DNA from: Patescibacteria group bacterium
Lineage (GTDB): Bacteria; Patescibacteriota; Microgenomatia; UBA1400; PJMF01
Length of the DNA stretch: 64,000 nucleotides
Assembly: GCA_039934415.1 (NCBI GenBank)
Contig: JBDTME010000007.1
Span: 3,955 to 67,954 of the forward strand
Reading direction: 5' to 3'
Numbering within the stretch: position 1 is the first letter of the stretch; each line of letters begins with the position of its first letter. Both the position numbers and the translations under genes were made by a program. The notes beneath the pieces are model-generated. The model was not told where the DNA came from. It did no database searches and saw only the letters and a program-made list of their open reading frames with translations. This document shows, in pieces, positions 28,779-39,163 of the stretch.

Positions 28779-29070
28779 GTGTCCTCCTTAAATTCGCTTC
28801 GTAGGCGTCTTGCGTGTGTTACAAACAAGAGCGAAACAAACATATTTTATTAATAAACAGAATTGTCCATTAAAAAAATGAAAGTTAGCTGAACGGGGAG
28901 AAAAAAACTTCCAATCAAGTTAGGATAGAAGTCTGATAAAGAGGATTGTGAATTTTTTGATGAACTATTAAGAAACTTATTAAGTTGCATTCAAAGTATA
29001 ATTTTACAACCGTGTCAACAGAAATGAACTAGTACTTAACAAGTAAAAGCAGTAATTAAGGACTCAACTT

Positions 29071-29493
29071 TTAGGAAGTATGTGGCCTATTACTTAGAAT
29101 AGCGTTGTAGTTCATGAACGCAGAATTTAACTCTCTTTTAAATAAAAAATACCATTCATCATCATCTCGATCCAAAGGGTGAACAACCTCTTCAAATAAT
29201 TTCCCTAAATACCCCACATCATCTAATGTAATTTCTCTCTCACATAACCATTTCTGAATTATTCCGACGTTCACAATGTATCCGGTAAGTTGCTTAACAG
29301 TGAATTTATTCTCGTTATGTGGCAATTTATAATAGCCGTCATAGATCATTCTTAGTGCTTTCACTAATAGAATTCGGTTTGAATCCTTAGCTACTTCAAT
29401 ACTTCGTTCAGATACTGCACCTATTGGTTTCACAAGAGTCCACTGTTCTGAATCGAATAAACTTTCTGCTGGCATTTCTCCCCTTTCTGTCAA
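29071..29493 (-). CDS. Hypothetical protein
   Basis: AT-rich ORF; no recognisable motif. Confidence 0.6.
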   Translation of the reverse strand: MTERGEMPAESLFDSEQWTLVKPIGAVSERSIEVAKDSNRILLVKALRMIYDGYYKLPHNENKFTVKQLTGYIVNVGIIQKWLCEREITLDDVGYLGKLFEEVVHPLDRDDDEWYFLFKRELNSAFMNYNAILSNRPHTS

Positions 29494-29649
29494 GCTAATT
29501 TAGAAAGTATAACAGAGGATAAAAAAATTGAGTTAAGGAGAAAATCAGCCTCAGTGTCTCGCTCCGATGTTCGTCTCATTCTGGCTCTTCACGCTTCACC
29601 AGAAATTCGCGAACAGACTTGATCGATTTTAATAGTGTATCGATCAAGT

Positions 29650-30255
29650 CTACATCTCGCGGCGACCTTCGAGTGCTCGAGCGAGCGTCAGTCCATCAGC
29701 ATACTCAATATCAGCACCGATTGGCAACCCATGACCAATTCGAGTAATCTTGACTGGAGCTTTTCCACCTCTACTCGACTGAATCAATTCTTGAATAAAT
29801 AATGCGGTCGCTTCACCTTCCATGGTGGGATTGGTCGCTAAAATTAACTCGTCCACCCCCTCTAACCTTTTGCTCAGATCATAAATGAACAGCTGTTCTG
29901 GTCCAATATTGTTCAGCGGAGCGATTACCCCATGCAATACATGGTAAAGACCGTGAAATTTTTCACTTCTTTCAATTGAAAGGATATCAAACGGTTGCTC
30001 CACAACCATTAAAGAAGTTTGATCACGAGTCACGTCACTACAAATCTCGCAAGGATTTTCTTCACCAACATTGTGACACTGTTCACACATTTGGGTTTGC
30101 AGTTTGAGCTGCGTCAATTTCTGCGCAAACTCTTCCAAGTATGGTTGAGGATGATGCAGCAAGTAAAAAACGATCCGTTGAGCACTCTTAGGCCCAATTC
30201 CCGGTAGTTTTTCAAATTGTTCGATAGTATGACGGACAGCCCGAGGTAATTGCAT
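29650..30255 (-). CDS. recR: Recombination mediator RecR
   Basis: LPGIGPKSAQR, C4 zinc finger, TOPRIM ATNPTMEGEATA. Confidence 0.98.
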   Translation of the reverse strand: MQLPRAVRHTIEQFEKLPGIGPKSAQRIVFYLLHHPQPYLEEFAQKLTQLKLQTQMCEQCHNVGEENPCEICSDVTRDQTSLMVVEQPFDILSIERSEKFHGLYHVLHGVIAPLNNIGPEQLFIYDLSKRLEGVDELILATNPTMEGEATALFIQELIQSSRGGKAPVKITRIGHGLPIGADIEYADGLTLARALEGRREM

Positions 30256-30316
30256 ATAACGAGCATTCTAAACTCACGAGAGTTTTTTGGAAATTAAGAT
30301 TGAGAAATAGAAATAT

Positions 30317-30727
30317 TCACGCTCTCTTGAACACGTACGGTGCATGGAAAGCAAAAACTGGAATACCCACAACCAACATCGCCAATGATTCCGCGATCTG
30401 GCGGCGACGATTTTGGTCAGAACTATTGTAATCCTTTTGTTTTTGTTGCCAATCAGTGTAATCCTTCTGCCATTGGTCAAAATTTTGCCTCTCTTCAGCT
30501 GTTACATTTTCAGGTGGTGTCGTAGCCAGATTGGGATCTTTATACAAATAAGGAGGTGACTCCGGATAATCTCGTACGCCTAACACCTCATTCAAAGCCA
30601 AACGCGAGATATTTACACAGCTAATGACAATTAAAATGAGACCTATCAATGAGGCCAAAACAAAATAAATTTGAACCAAAAGCGGTCGAGATTCAGCAGA
30701 TTTAGTTGAGGTTTTTTTGGCTACCAT
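30317..30727 (-). CDS. DUF5671-like two-TM protein
   Basis: IYFVLASLIGL...LAMLVVGIPVFAFH pattern. Confidence 0.6.
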   Translation of the reverse strand: MVAKKTSTKSAESRPLLVQIYFVLASLIGLILIVISCVNISRLALNEVLGVRDYPESPPYLYKDPNLATTPPENVTAEERQNFDQWQKDYTDWQQKQKDYNSSDQNRRRQIAESLAMLVVGIPVFAFHAPYVFKRA

Positions 30728-30744
30728 ATTGAACTCCTTGTTCA

Positions 30745-31677
30745 CTAATGAACTTTTTCTTGATCTGTCAAAAATCTAAATGATGCAATCATCTGGACCA
30801 TTAAATTGTTCATGACTTGAATATTTTGTGGAGTATCTGCTTGAGCAGTGAGGGAAAAATATGTATCACCCTTTTGCCACAATATCCCAGAATTGAGGTC
30901 ATCATATTGATACATGGTCGCCTCAACACCATCTGCTTTCAATTTTCTAACGACGTCGAGTGGTCCTCCATCAGGATGAGTGTCTGAAACATTGAACTGA
31001 ATGTGCCCAATCTTTTTGGGATTCTTTAGCTGCCACTCAGCCGTACTTACAAATGGATCGTCAGTTTTCAACTCCAGATCAGAAGTGTAACGCAACTTAT
31101 ATCCCCCTGGAAAGTTCACATACCATGATCCGTGCAGATCAGTTTCTTTGGCCGTGGTTTGAAATGTCTTCGTAATGTTTTCGAGCAGATTGAAGTTTTT
31201 TGTATCTGAAGTAGAAAGTTTCAACACTGCTTTCTTTTCTTTATCAACTACAAAAGCAGTCAAAGTATCTTTTCTGTACTCAAAAACACTTGCACCATAT
31301 GCATTTGTCCAGCCAAATTGTTTCTCGTCTTGTTTATCCAGGTCACTTTTATTTTTTTGGAACTCGGCATAACTTAATTTATCAATCACTACTAGGAGTG
31401 GTTCATCAGCTTTGGTTGCACTCACCAAGTGAAAAGTATGATCAACATTGACTGTCTTTAACCCAACAGTATCCGGCCTGTAGAAATTGAAAAGTGACTG
31501 AAAATCAGCCTGCTTTTTCCAAATTGAAAAATTAGCAAAATCGGTCATGCCTTGGGGTAAAAGTAGGTCGGCTTGGGGAATCATAGAGTGCCTAGCACCC
31601 TGGTCAATGTGTAGTAAAGCAAACGCAACAACCGCTAATACAATTCCAGCAATAACAATTTTTTCATTCTTTACCAT
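30745..31677 (-). CDS. Hypothetical exported protein (PsbP-like C-terminal region)
   Basis: N-terminal TM; W....GYKLRY and terminal MIASFRF pattern. Confidence 0.65.
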   Translation of the reverse strand: MVKNEKIVIAGIVLAVVAFALLHIDQGARHSMIPQADLLLPQGMTDFANFSIWKKQADFQSLFNFYRPDTVGLKTVNVDHTFHLVSATKADEPLLVVIDKLSYAEFQKNKSDLDKQDEKQFGWTNAYGASVFEYRKDTLTAFVVDKEKKAVLKLSTSDTKNFNLLENITKTFQTTAKETDLHGSWYVNFPGGYKLRYTSDLELKTDDPFVSTAEWQLKNPKKIGHIQFNVSDTHPDGGPLDVVRKLKADGVEATMYQYDDLNSGILWQKGDTYFSLTAQADTPQNIQVMNNLMVQMIASFRFLTDQEKVH

Positions 31678-31712
31678 GCATCCATCGTCTCAAGATAAAG
31701 AAGATGTGTCAA

Positions 31713-33140
31713 CTAATAGCGATAATGGTCTGGTTTGAAGGGACCTTTGACATCGACGTTAAGATACTTTGCTTGAGATTCAGTCAATTTATCCAACTTC
31801 ACACCAATTTTTGCCAAGTGTAACCTTGCCACTTCTTCGTCCAATTTTTTTGGCAATCGGTACACACCCACAGGATAATCTTGATAATTTTTGAACAACT
31901 CCAACTGCGCTAACACTTGATTAGAAAAACTATTAGACATCACAAAACTCGGATGACCCGTTCCACACCCCAAATTCACCAATCGACCTTCAGCGAGCAA
32001 AATAATACTTTTTGAAGCTGATACATGAACCAAATCAACTTGAGGTTTGATGTTCGTCCATTTGAATTTTCTCAATTTAGTAACTTGGATCTCAGCGTCA
32101 AAATGACCAATGTTACATACAATTGCTTTATCTTTCATTTGCTTCATGTGCTCAAGAGTTATCACACTCTCACAACCAGTTGCAGTCACAAAAATATCAC
32201 CTATCCTACACGCGTCATCCATCTGCATCACTTCAAAACCTTCCATCGCAGCTTGCAGCGCACAAATTGGATCGATTTCAGTAATGACAATACGAGCACC
32301 TTGACCTTTTAGTGACTGGGCACACCCTTTGCCTACATCACCATAGCCTGCAATCACGGCTACTTTTCCTGACAACATCACATCAGTCGCACGCATAATT
32401 GAATCAACCAATGAATGCCGACAACCATACAAGTTATCAAACTTTGATTTTGTGACTGAGTCATTCACGTTAAAGGCAGGAAAACGTAATTCACCTTTTT
32501 CATGCATCTGATACAACCGATGAACTCCACTTGTGGTCTCTTCACTCACTCCTCGAATCTCACCAATAATGCGATGAAAACGCTTGGGATCTTTTTTCAA
32601 GGAAATTTTTAACTGATTTAATAAATCTTGTTCGTCTTCGCTCTCGACTTTCTTATTGAGTACTTTGGGATCTTCCTCGGCTTGATATCCTAAATGCACG
32701 AATAAAGTCGGATCACCACCGTCATCCAAAATCATATTTGGACCGGTCCCCTTACCCCAATCCAAAGTTTTATCAATAAACTCCCAGTAGTCTTTCAGTG
32801 ACTCACCTTTGTAAGCAAAGACAGTCGTCCCAGCTTTGGCAATTGCCGCAGCAGCATGATCTTGAGTTGAAAAAATATTGCATGACGCCCACCGTACTTC
32901 TGCTCCCAATGCTTGAAGTGTTTCAATTAATACCGCAGTCTGAATGGTCATGTGCAAAGAACCAGTGATGCGAGCACCTTTGAGTGGTTTTTTCTTCCCA
33001 TATTTTTCGCGCAGACTCATCAATCCTGGCATTTCTTGTTCAGCTAGCTCGATTTCCTTGCGTCCCCACTCTGCGAGTTTGATATCTTTCACTATATAGT
33101 CAGTTTTTGGCATATGTTCCTTTTTTAAAATATTTTTCAA
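31713..33140 (-). CDS. ahcY: Adenosylhomocysteinase
   Basis: [50 protein letters not shown]. Confidence 0.98.
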   Translation of the reverse strand: MKNILKKEHMPKTDYIVKDIKLAEWGRKEIELAEQEMPGLMSLREKYGKKKPLKGARITGSLHMTIQTAVLIETLQALGAEVRWASCNIFSTQDHAAAAIAKAGTTVFAYKGESLKDYWEFIDKTLDWGKGTGPNMILDDGGDPTLFVHLGYQAEEDPKVLNKKVESEDEQDLLNQLKISLKKDPKRFHRIIGEIRGVSEETTSGVHRLYQMHEKGELRFPAFNVNDSVTKSKFDNLYGCRHSLVDSIMRATDVMLSGKVAVIAGYGDVGKGCAQSLKGQGARIVITEIDPICALQAAMEGFEVMQMDDACRIGDIFVTATGCESVITLEHMKQMKDKAIVCNIGHFDAEIQVTKLRKFKWTNIKPQVDLVHVSASKSIILLAEGRLVNLGCGTGHPSFVMSNSFSNQVLAQLELFKNYQDYPVGVYRLPKKLDEEVARLHLAKIGVKLDKLTESQAKYLNVDVKGPFKPDHYRY

Positions 33141-34081
33141 ACTTTTAACTTCACGTTGAATTTATACTGCTTTATGGCCATCTTCGCAATTTGCGAATTA
33201 GTAAAGCTATGTACTTGCGTACCATGTTTTTGAATCGCGAAAGTTGCGACAATCGAACCAAGTTGAACGCACTCACTGATTGACCAGTTGCGCATGTAAC
33301 CGAATAAGAATCCCGCCCGATAGGCATCGCCAGCACCGGTAGGATCGATTACTTTTTTGACAGGCACTGCTTCTATCTCGGTTTTTTTACCTTGATCAAA
33401 AACCAGAGAGCCTTTTTCACCTAAAGTAATGATGACTACAGGAATTTTTTTCACTAATTCACTTTGGGACATACCAGTTTTTTGTTCAACGACACTCATC
33501 TCATAATCATTCACAATGAGCAACTCAGCACCAGCAATTCCCGCTTTGACATCTGCGTCTGGCACATTACTCACCTGCTGACCTATGTCGTAAAAATAGC
33601 GGAACTTGCGTTGGCGAGCTTCTTTGACTTGTTTAGCCATCGTTTTGGGATCATGTGGAGAAATGACCAAAAAATCTTTTTGAGCATCGAAGGATTCAAA
33701 AGTTAAAGTAGCGGCATCACCCATCGCCCCTGGGTAAAACCCACCTACTTGGCAATCTGCTTGGTCGGTCATTACTGTAAAACTCGCAGTTGGTTTTTGG
33801 GAAAAATGAACAAACGAAGTGTTGACACCAATTTTTTTTAAATCAGCCATATATGCTTTGGCATCATTACCAACTGAACCCAATAACACAGGTTTCTCAC
33901 CTAACAACGCCAAATTATATGCAATATTCGCAGCAATCCCACCACGTGTATCTACTAAATGATCCACAAGAACACTCAACGACAGCACATGCAACTTGTC
34001 GGGTTGAATGATATCGGCATATTTACCAGGGAAATTTAAAATTCGATCAACTGCAATTGAACCAGTGAGAATTAAACGCAT
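33137..34081 (-). CDS. PfkB-family kinase, probably adenosine kinase
   Basis: [28 protein letters not shown]; overlaps ahcY. Confidence 0.85.
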   Translation of the reverse strand: MRLILTGSIAVDRILNFPGKYADIIQPDKLHVLSLSVLVDHLVDTRGGIAANIAYNLALLGEKPVLLGSVGNDAKAYMADLKKIGVNTSFVHFSQKPTASFTVMTDQADCQVGGFYPGAMGDAATLTFESFDAQKDFLVISPHDPKTMAKQVKEARQRKFRYFYDIGQQVSNVPDADVKAGIAGAELLIVNDYEMSVVEQKTGMSQSELVKKIPVVIITLGEKGSLVFDQGKKTEIEAVPVKKVIDPTGAGDAYRAGFLFGYMRNWSISECVQLGSIVATFAIQKHGTQVHSFTNSQIAKMAIKQYKFNVKLKV

Positions 34082-34110
34082 GCAGCAAGTATATATTAAA
34101 TGTGAAAAAA

Positions 34111-34407
34111 TTAAGCAGCTTTATTTCCGCCACCCAACATGCCACCCAATCCACCAGTCATAGATTGCAGTTTTTTGGCTGCGAGCTCTTGAGATTTTTT
34201 GATTGCTTCATTCAAAACATCAATTGCATCTTGTGAACTTATGCCTTGGACACTGAACTGACGAATTTTTTGATCACCGGAGATGACGACTACAATATCA
34301 CCACGTTCAACAGTTATTTCTTCAGCCGCTAGATCCTGCTGCATCTGCTGAGCCTGTTTACGCAACTGATTGAGATCCCCGAGTGCTTTAAATGGATTAC
34401 CTGCCAT
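34111..34407 (-). CDS. ybaB: YbaB/EbfC nucleoid-associated protein
   Basis: KQAQQMQQDL, VVVISGDQKI; follows dnaX. Confidence 0.88.
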   Translation of the reverse strand: MAGNPFKALGDLNQLRKQAQQMQQDLAAEEITVERGDIVVVISGDQKIRQFSVQGISSQDAIDVLNEAIKKSQELAAKKLQSMTGGLGGMLGGGNKAA

Positions 34408-34468
34408 AACTACCTTTCTTTTATCAAATTAAACTGGATTATATCAGATATACGAATATATAAATTTT

Positions 34469-36049
34469 TTACATCAGCGCTTCTTCAATCACTGTCGCAA
34501 ACTCTTTATCTACATTGCCTCGCACGTTATCATCAGTGACTTTTTGAGCATTAGGTTCTGATAAGACATACTCAAACCGAATATGTCCTCCCAACAATTC
34601 ATGTATTGCTTCCTCGACAATTGTCCGATATCGTTGAAGTTCTAACTGCTCTTTGTGAAAACTGTAAAATACTTTTATGGTGGCTTTGCCATGTTCTCCA
34701 GCCGCAAATTGGGCACTTCTTAAAATTGCTTCTAAAGACAAGTTATGTTTCCCAATTGCCTTTAACAACTCCTGCCATTTTTGACCAATTAGTGAACCAT
34801 CAATTGAAGGTTGATTAGTCTCGACAACATCTACACTGAGCGTGAGGGTCGTTTCTTTTTTCGGCGCCACTATCTCAAATTCAACTTTTTCACTTACTGA
34901 AACAACTGATACTTCAGATTTTGGAGCCGTAGTCTTCTGTTGAACAACCGCTTCAACCTTTTGTTTACTCGAGGAGCCACCCACTTTTCCCTTCTCCTTA
35001 CTTTTCAGCACCATTTCGATTGCACACAGCTCTAATGGCAAAGATGGAATTGGATGCATTAGTGGAATTTCCACTGCAGAAAACTGTTTGAGAAAAAAGA
35101 GTAGTATTTCCTTACGAGTAAAAGGCTCTTCCGTTGCATTAAAAGACTTGACTAATTCTTGATGTAAGAAAGTCAAAATCTGTTTATGAATAATGATTGG
35201 ATCGATTTGTTGACTGCGAGTGGTTTGAAAAAAAGAAATAATATCGAGTTCATTCTTGGCTAAAATTGAATCGAATAATTTTTTGACACCGGTAATTGAG
35301 ATTGTTGAGACGTATTGCAATAACCATTCAACCGTAATCTGGATTGAGTCAACTTGGGCTCGACTCGCCAACTGTTCAAATAATTTAACGGCATCACGAA
35401 AACTACCATCTGCTGTTTGTGCAAGGAGTTCAAGACTAGATTGATCAACTGAAATCTTCTCCTTCTCCGCTATCTCACTCAACGCTGTACTGAGTTCAGC
35501 AAAGCTTGCTCTTGTAAATTGGACACGAGTTGTTCGAGATAAAATGGTCTCAGGAATTTTTTGGGGGTCCGTTGTGGCAAAGATAAAAACGACGTGTTCA
35601 GGTGGTTCTTCCAACATTTTCAAGAGCGCATTAAAAGCCTCTTTTGTCAGCATGTGCACTTCATCAATAATATAAACTGATTTTTTACCTTGAGCTGGAG
35701 GCATGTACAAACGTTCTTTTAATTGACGAATATCATCAATACGCCGATTACTTGCTCCATCCATTTCAACTACATTCAGCGCGCCTCCCGTAGTGATTTC
35801 TAGACACATCGAACATTCGTTGCACGGCTCAGAGAATGGAGCGCCATCCTTACGCTTCACATTTTTTTCACAATTTAATACCTTGGCAATGATTCGCGCT
35901 GAAGAAGTTTTCCCCGTGCCCTTAGGACCAGTAAACAGCAATGCTTGTGGAATATTTCCAGACTTAAGCATGTTTAGCAGAGTCTCACGAACACTCGTGA
36001 TGTGTAATCCTGCAACAGTTTGGGGGCGATAAGTTCGATACCAAGACAT
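34469..36049 (-). CDS. dnaX: DNA polymerase III subunit gamma/tau
   Basis: YRTYRP, GPKGTGKT, zinc module, DEVHML, FNALLKMLEEPP. Confidence 0.97.
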   Translation of the reverse strand: MSWYRTYRPQTVAGLHITSVRETLLNMLKSGNIPQALLFTGPKGTGKTSSARIIAKVLNCEKNVKRKDGAPFSEPCNECSMCLEITTGGALNVVEMDGASNRRIDDIRQLKERLYMPPAQGKKSVYIIDEVHMLTKEAFNALLKMLEEPPEHVVFIFATTDPQKIPETILSRTTRVQFTRASFAELSTALSEIAEKEKISVDQSSLELLAQTADGSFRDAVKLFEQLASRAQVDSIQITVEWLLQYVSTISITGVKKLFDSILAKNELDIISFFQTTRSQQIDPIIIHKQILTFLHQELVKSFNATEEPFTRKEILLFFLKQFSAVEIPLMHPIPSLPLELCAIEMVLKSKEKGKVGGSSSKQKVEAVVQQKTTAPKSEVSVVSVSEKVEFEIVAPKKETTLTLSVDVVETNQPSIDGSLIGQKWQELLKAIGKHNLSLEAILRSAQFAAGEHGKATIKVFYSFHKEQLELQRYRTIVEEAIHELLGGHIRFEYVLSEPNAQKVTDDNVRGNVDKEFATVIEEALM

Positions 36050-36177
36050 GAGGTTATATTTTCAATTTCTAATTTTTAATACTCAAAAAAATACACGAAC
36101 ACATGAACAAATCATTGAAATGAAGTTTTCCCACTATAGCACAATTGTCATATTTCGACTGTTATAATAACTTCACG

Positions 36178-36867
36178 ATGTCAGATAAAGAACCCACTCA
36201 AAATCAACCTCCTCAGAAAGATCTCGATCAACAGATTGAGAAAGAAATGGCAATAATTGACCAATTACTTGCTAAACTAAAGTTCTTTGAAGAAACTAAT
36301 CCTCCAAATGACAATGTTGACCGTGCGTTTGCATGCATTGACGAAGTCATTGATCAAAAACAAACAGAATATCGACAAAAGCTCATTGATAATAAGGTGT
36401 TAGTAACTTACCACGGTTCTTTACAATTTAATGATCCACGGAACCTCGATCTTGATCTCGTTTTTACTGCAGTTGATGAAAGTTCCTTAGCACTAGTAAA
36501 TAATACGATCGATAAGCTTGAGGCTGAGTGTGAACAGATCGATAACTGGCCTACATTAGGTAATAATCAAGGACATTGCGATACGAACTTTAATCGCTTT
36601 TCAATAGAGCAGGTGGAAATTGATTTAAAAAGAATGAGTATAGAAAACAAAGTAATTGATCCCGAGTATGACTTTATTGATCTTTACGTGGGTATATTAC
36701 TTTCTTCAAAAGTGCTTTTTCCAGAGCAAGAAGTTTTATTTGAAATATTTCAACAAAAAGCAAAATCTTATCTGCATCAATCAACCGTTTTGCGAAAAGC
36801 TATAACAGAACTACTTGAAGATATCTTAAAGACTAGACAAGAGAGAAAAAGAGCAAAGAATTCCTAA
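36178..36867 (+). CDS. Hypothetical protein with a pol-beta-type nucleotidyltransferase-like motif
   Basis: YHGSLQFNDPRNLDLDLVF (hGS...DxD). Confidence 0.55.
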   Translation: MSDKEPTQNQPPQKDLDQQIEKEMAIIDQLLAKLKFFEETNPPNDNVDRAFACIDEVIDQKQTEYRQKLIDNKVLVTYHGSLQFNDPRNLDLDLVFTAVDESSLALVNNTIDKLEAECEQIDNWPTLGNNQGHCDTNFNRFSIEQVEIDLKRMSIENKVIDPEYDFIDLYVGILLSSKVLFPEQEVLFEIFQQKAKSYLHQSTVLRKAITELLEDILKTRQERKRAKNS

Positions 36868-36872
36868 ATTAC

Positions 36873-37277
36873 CTAGACGTCTTCCTGATAATGCTTCCCG
36901 AGAAGGTGGTAGATACTGTGATCAATGTAGTAATTGATCAACTCATCAACGAGTTTATTTTTTTTGGCTGCTTCTTGAATTAAGACTGGATAACACAATA
37001 CGATATCACCGTAATGAGGGACAGCACCTTCTGGATTAGGAAAAGTTTTCCCTTCAGTTGGGTCGCGCTGCGTGAATGATAAGACATTTGTAGGGCCATC
37101 TTTTTCTCGTAACTTATTCAACTCTTTCATCTTCCGCTTCCCTACAATCGAGATATCAACCCAAGCCGAATTTATATGATGTTTATGAAAAGAATCCACT
37201 GCAGTTTTCCGCACCGCTTTTCGATCCACGATAAACCGCGAACCTACTGAAATATTGACTACAAAATTTTTTGACAT
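36873..37277 (-). CDS. ybeY: rRNA maturation endoribonuclease YbeY
   Basis: MKELN..R.KDGPTNVLSF, GDIVLC, HSIYHLLGKH. Confidence 0.93.
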   Translation of the reverse strand: MSKNFVVNISVGSRFIVDRKAVRKTAVDSFHKHHINSAWVDISIVGKRKMKELNKLREKDGPTNVLSFTQRDPTEGKTFPNPEGAVPHYGDIVLCYPVLIQEAAKKNKLVDELINYYIDHSIYHLLGKHYQEDV

Positions 37278-37312
37278 AATAAATGAGAACTTTATTTTAC
37301 ACCTAAAACCCA

Positions 37313-37346
37313 AAAACCCCGACATACATCGGGGCTTTTATTTTTT
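37313..37346. terminator. Intrinsic terminator-like hairpin downstream of rpsU
   Basis: AAAAACCCCGA-CATACA-TCGGGGCTTTTATTTTT. Confidence 0.65.
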
Positions 37347-37532
37347 ATACACTGCTTATTGAACATCTAAGATCAAGGTTTTATTCACAACCCCACTCTT
37401 CTATTTAGTGAATATTTAGAACTGAGAGATTATTTATAAAATGCTCAATCAAACATGTAACGTGCTGCAATCGAACGTAGTGAAGATTGCGGAACATTTT
37501 AAATAATCTTGAAGGATTAAATATTCATGCAA

Positions 37533-37751
37533 TTACTTCATCCCTTTTGGACTTGCTCGTTGAATCAAACGCATTCTACGCTTTTGGCGCTTCTGCTCGT
37601 TATATTTAATATTTTTGACTGCGGAAGGTTTGAAGTGAAACTCTCGATTTTTGGCATTTTCGAGCACCTCAGCAACAGCAACAATTTTCTTAAATTTTTT
37701 GATTACATCACTAGTATTATCGTTTTTCTTGGCTCGGACGACGATAGGCAT
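37533..37751 (-). CDS. rpsU: 30S ribosomal protein S21
   Basis: IKKFKK..., REFHFKPS, basic tail. Confidence 0.85.
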   Translation of the reverse strand: MPIVVRAKKNDNTSDVIKKFKKIVAVAEVLENAKNREFHFKPSAVKNIKYNEQKRQKRRMRLIQRASPKGMK

Positions 37752-37870
37752 AAATGAAAACACCCCCTTCGGGAACTTGATCCCACTCATGGGGGGAAAA
37801 AGTTAAACTAAATTACCAGATCTGGATTATACGCCAAAAACAGGCATACCACAAGATTAGAGAAGAAGCC

Positions 37871-38743
37871 TTAATTCAGTGTCTGCTTGGCTAATTCGAT
37901 CAATTCCGGCAAGGTTAAAGGTGTCGCCACTTTATTGGCTGACTTTTCAGAGCCATTGAGAAGCATTTTCTTCGAAGCATGAAAGTACCAGGTGCCAATC
38001 TTGTCCTTGGCCATCACGGCGTCGGCCAAAGGCGTCAAATCCAGGCTATCAATCGGAATCCCTTTGATCCGGGCGTGAAACTCATCAGGATCCTTCTTGA
38101 TCACAACAGCATAGCCAGATTTTTGAGCAAATTTGATGACAGTGTCGTTATTCGTCTCGATTCCCACACCTTTCCCCCACTTTGTCGTGAACTCTACTCC
38201 TCGTTTTAAGATCTGTTCTGCCTTTGTCGTTTCCTCAAGTTTTTTGTACACACCTTGTAAACATTTCATCCCAAATGCAAGCTGCGTTTCGTCAGTGTGC
38301 AAACCTGCTCGCTGGAGTCCATCCAAAATTGCATCCAACATAAAAGCGTACCGGGCATCGTTGGCTTCTGGCCAAAAACAGTCGGCAAAATGGTCAATAT
38401 CAGTCACAATACGAACCAGCTCTTTTAGAGCTAAGTCGGTTTTTAACTCTGGATGAAGAGTGCAACAATGATCATAGGTTAACGAAGTAGCCGAAATGTG
38501 TTGTAATCCTCGATCTTTTTGATGGTGATCAAACTCCCCCAATCCAGTGTCAGTATGGGTTATTACCTCAAAATCAGCTGATGTGTAGCCCAAATCAAGA
38601 ATCTTCTCTTCTGTAATTATCTGCCCAGGATCCACAAATCCCACCTTGGCATCAGCATAATGTTGATTGTCAAAAGTCTTGAGCATCCAGACTGAAGAAA
38701 TCGCATCCAAATCAGGAGCATGGTGAGTTACAAGGAGACGCAT
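37871..38743 (-). CDS. DHH/MYG1-like phosphoesterase
   Basis: VTHHAPDLDA, DTG.GEFDHHQ, SATSL. Confidence 0.75.
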   Translation of the reverse strand: MRLLVTHHAPDLDAISSVWMLKTFDNQHYADAKVGFVDPGQIITEEKILDLGYTSADFEVITHTDTGLGEFDHHQKDRGLQHISATSLTYDHCCTLHPELKTDLALKELVRIVTDIDHFADCFWPEANDARYAFMLDAILDGLQRAGLHTDETQLAFGMKCLQGVYKKLEETTKAEQILKRGVEFTTKWGKGVGIETNNDTVIKFAQKSGYAVVIKKDPDEFHARIKGIPIDSLDLTPLADAVMAKDKIGTWYFHASKKMLLNGSEKSANKVATPLTLPELIELAKQTLN

Positions 38744-38761
38744 GAGGAGATTATAGCTCAA

Positions 38762-39157
38762 TTACTGACAGACACCACCATTATTCAACACCAGTTGATC
38801 TTCTGTTAAGAAAGTTCTATCCACTTCTTTTTCATCCAAAAAGGCTTTGAAATCGTCCATCACAACATTCAATTCCCCACAATAATCTATTTGAATCTTA
38901 TTTATTTTATAGTTAAAGCTAACTGTGGCAGAAGATAATTGGGCAGGTAAATGGGGTCTAACAGCTGTTTCGATACTTAGAGTTAAAGCACCTGTCGGAG
39001 TGGGCTCTGCAATTGCACCCGTACTTTCATTAGACTCAACCTGGGATTGAATTTGACTGAATCTTTTATTCCGTTGAACTTGGGTATAGAGAGCAAGAAC
39101 GGAAATAGCAGTAATAGATATTATGGTGATTACAATGATGACTTTCATTTTTTTCAT
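38762..39157 (-). CDS. Small membrane-anchored exported protein with two Cys
   Basis: N-terminal TM; begins 6 nt after the Cys-rich peptidase gene. Confidence 0.7.
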   Translation of the reverse strand: MKKMKVIIVITIISITAISVLALYTQVQRNKRFSQIQSQVESNESTGAIAEPTPTGALTLSIETAVRPHLPAQLSSATVSFNYKINKIQIDYCGELNVVMDDFKAFLDEKEVDRTFLTEDQLVLNNGGVCQ

Positions 39158-39163
39158 TTTCGA

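Noticed and set aside
34082-34110. SAH or SAM riboswitch before the kinase-ahcY pair
   Set aside because: Gap is only 29 nt and holds just a -10 box
37461-37497. REP-like palindrome GCAATC-GAACGTAGTGAA-GATTGC
   Set aside because: Single short copy in the window; cannot support a repeat family
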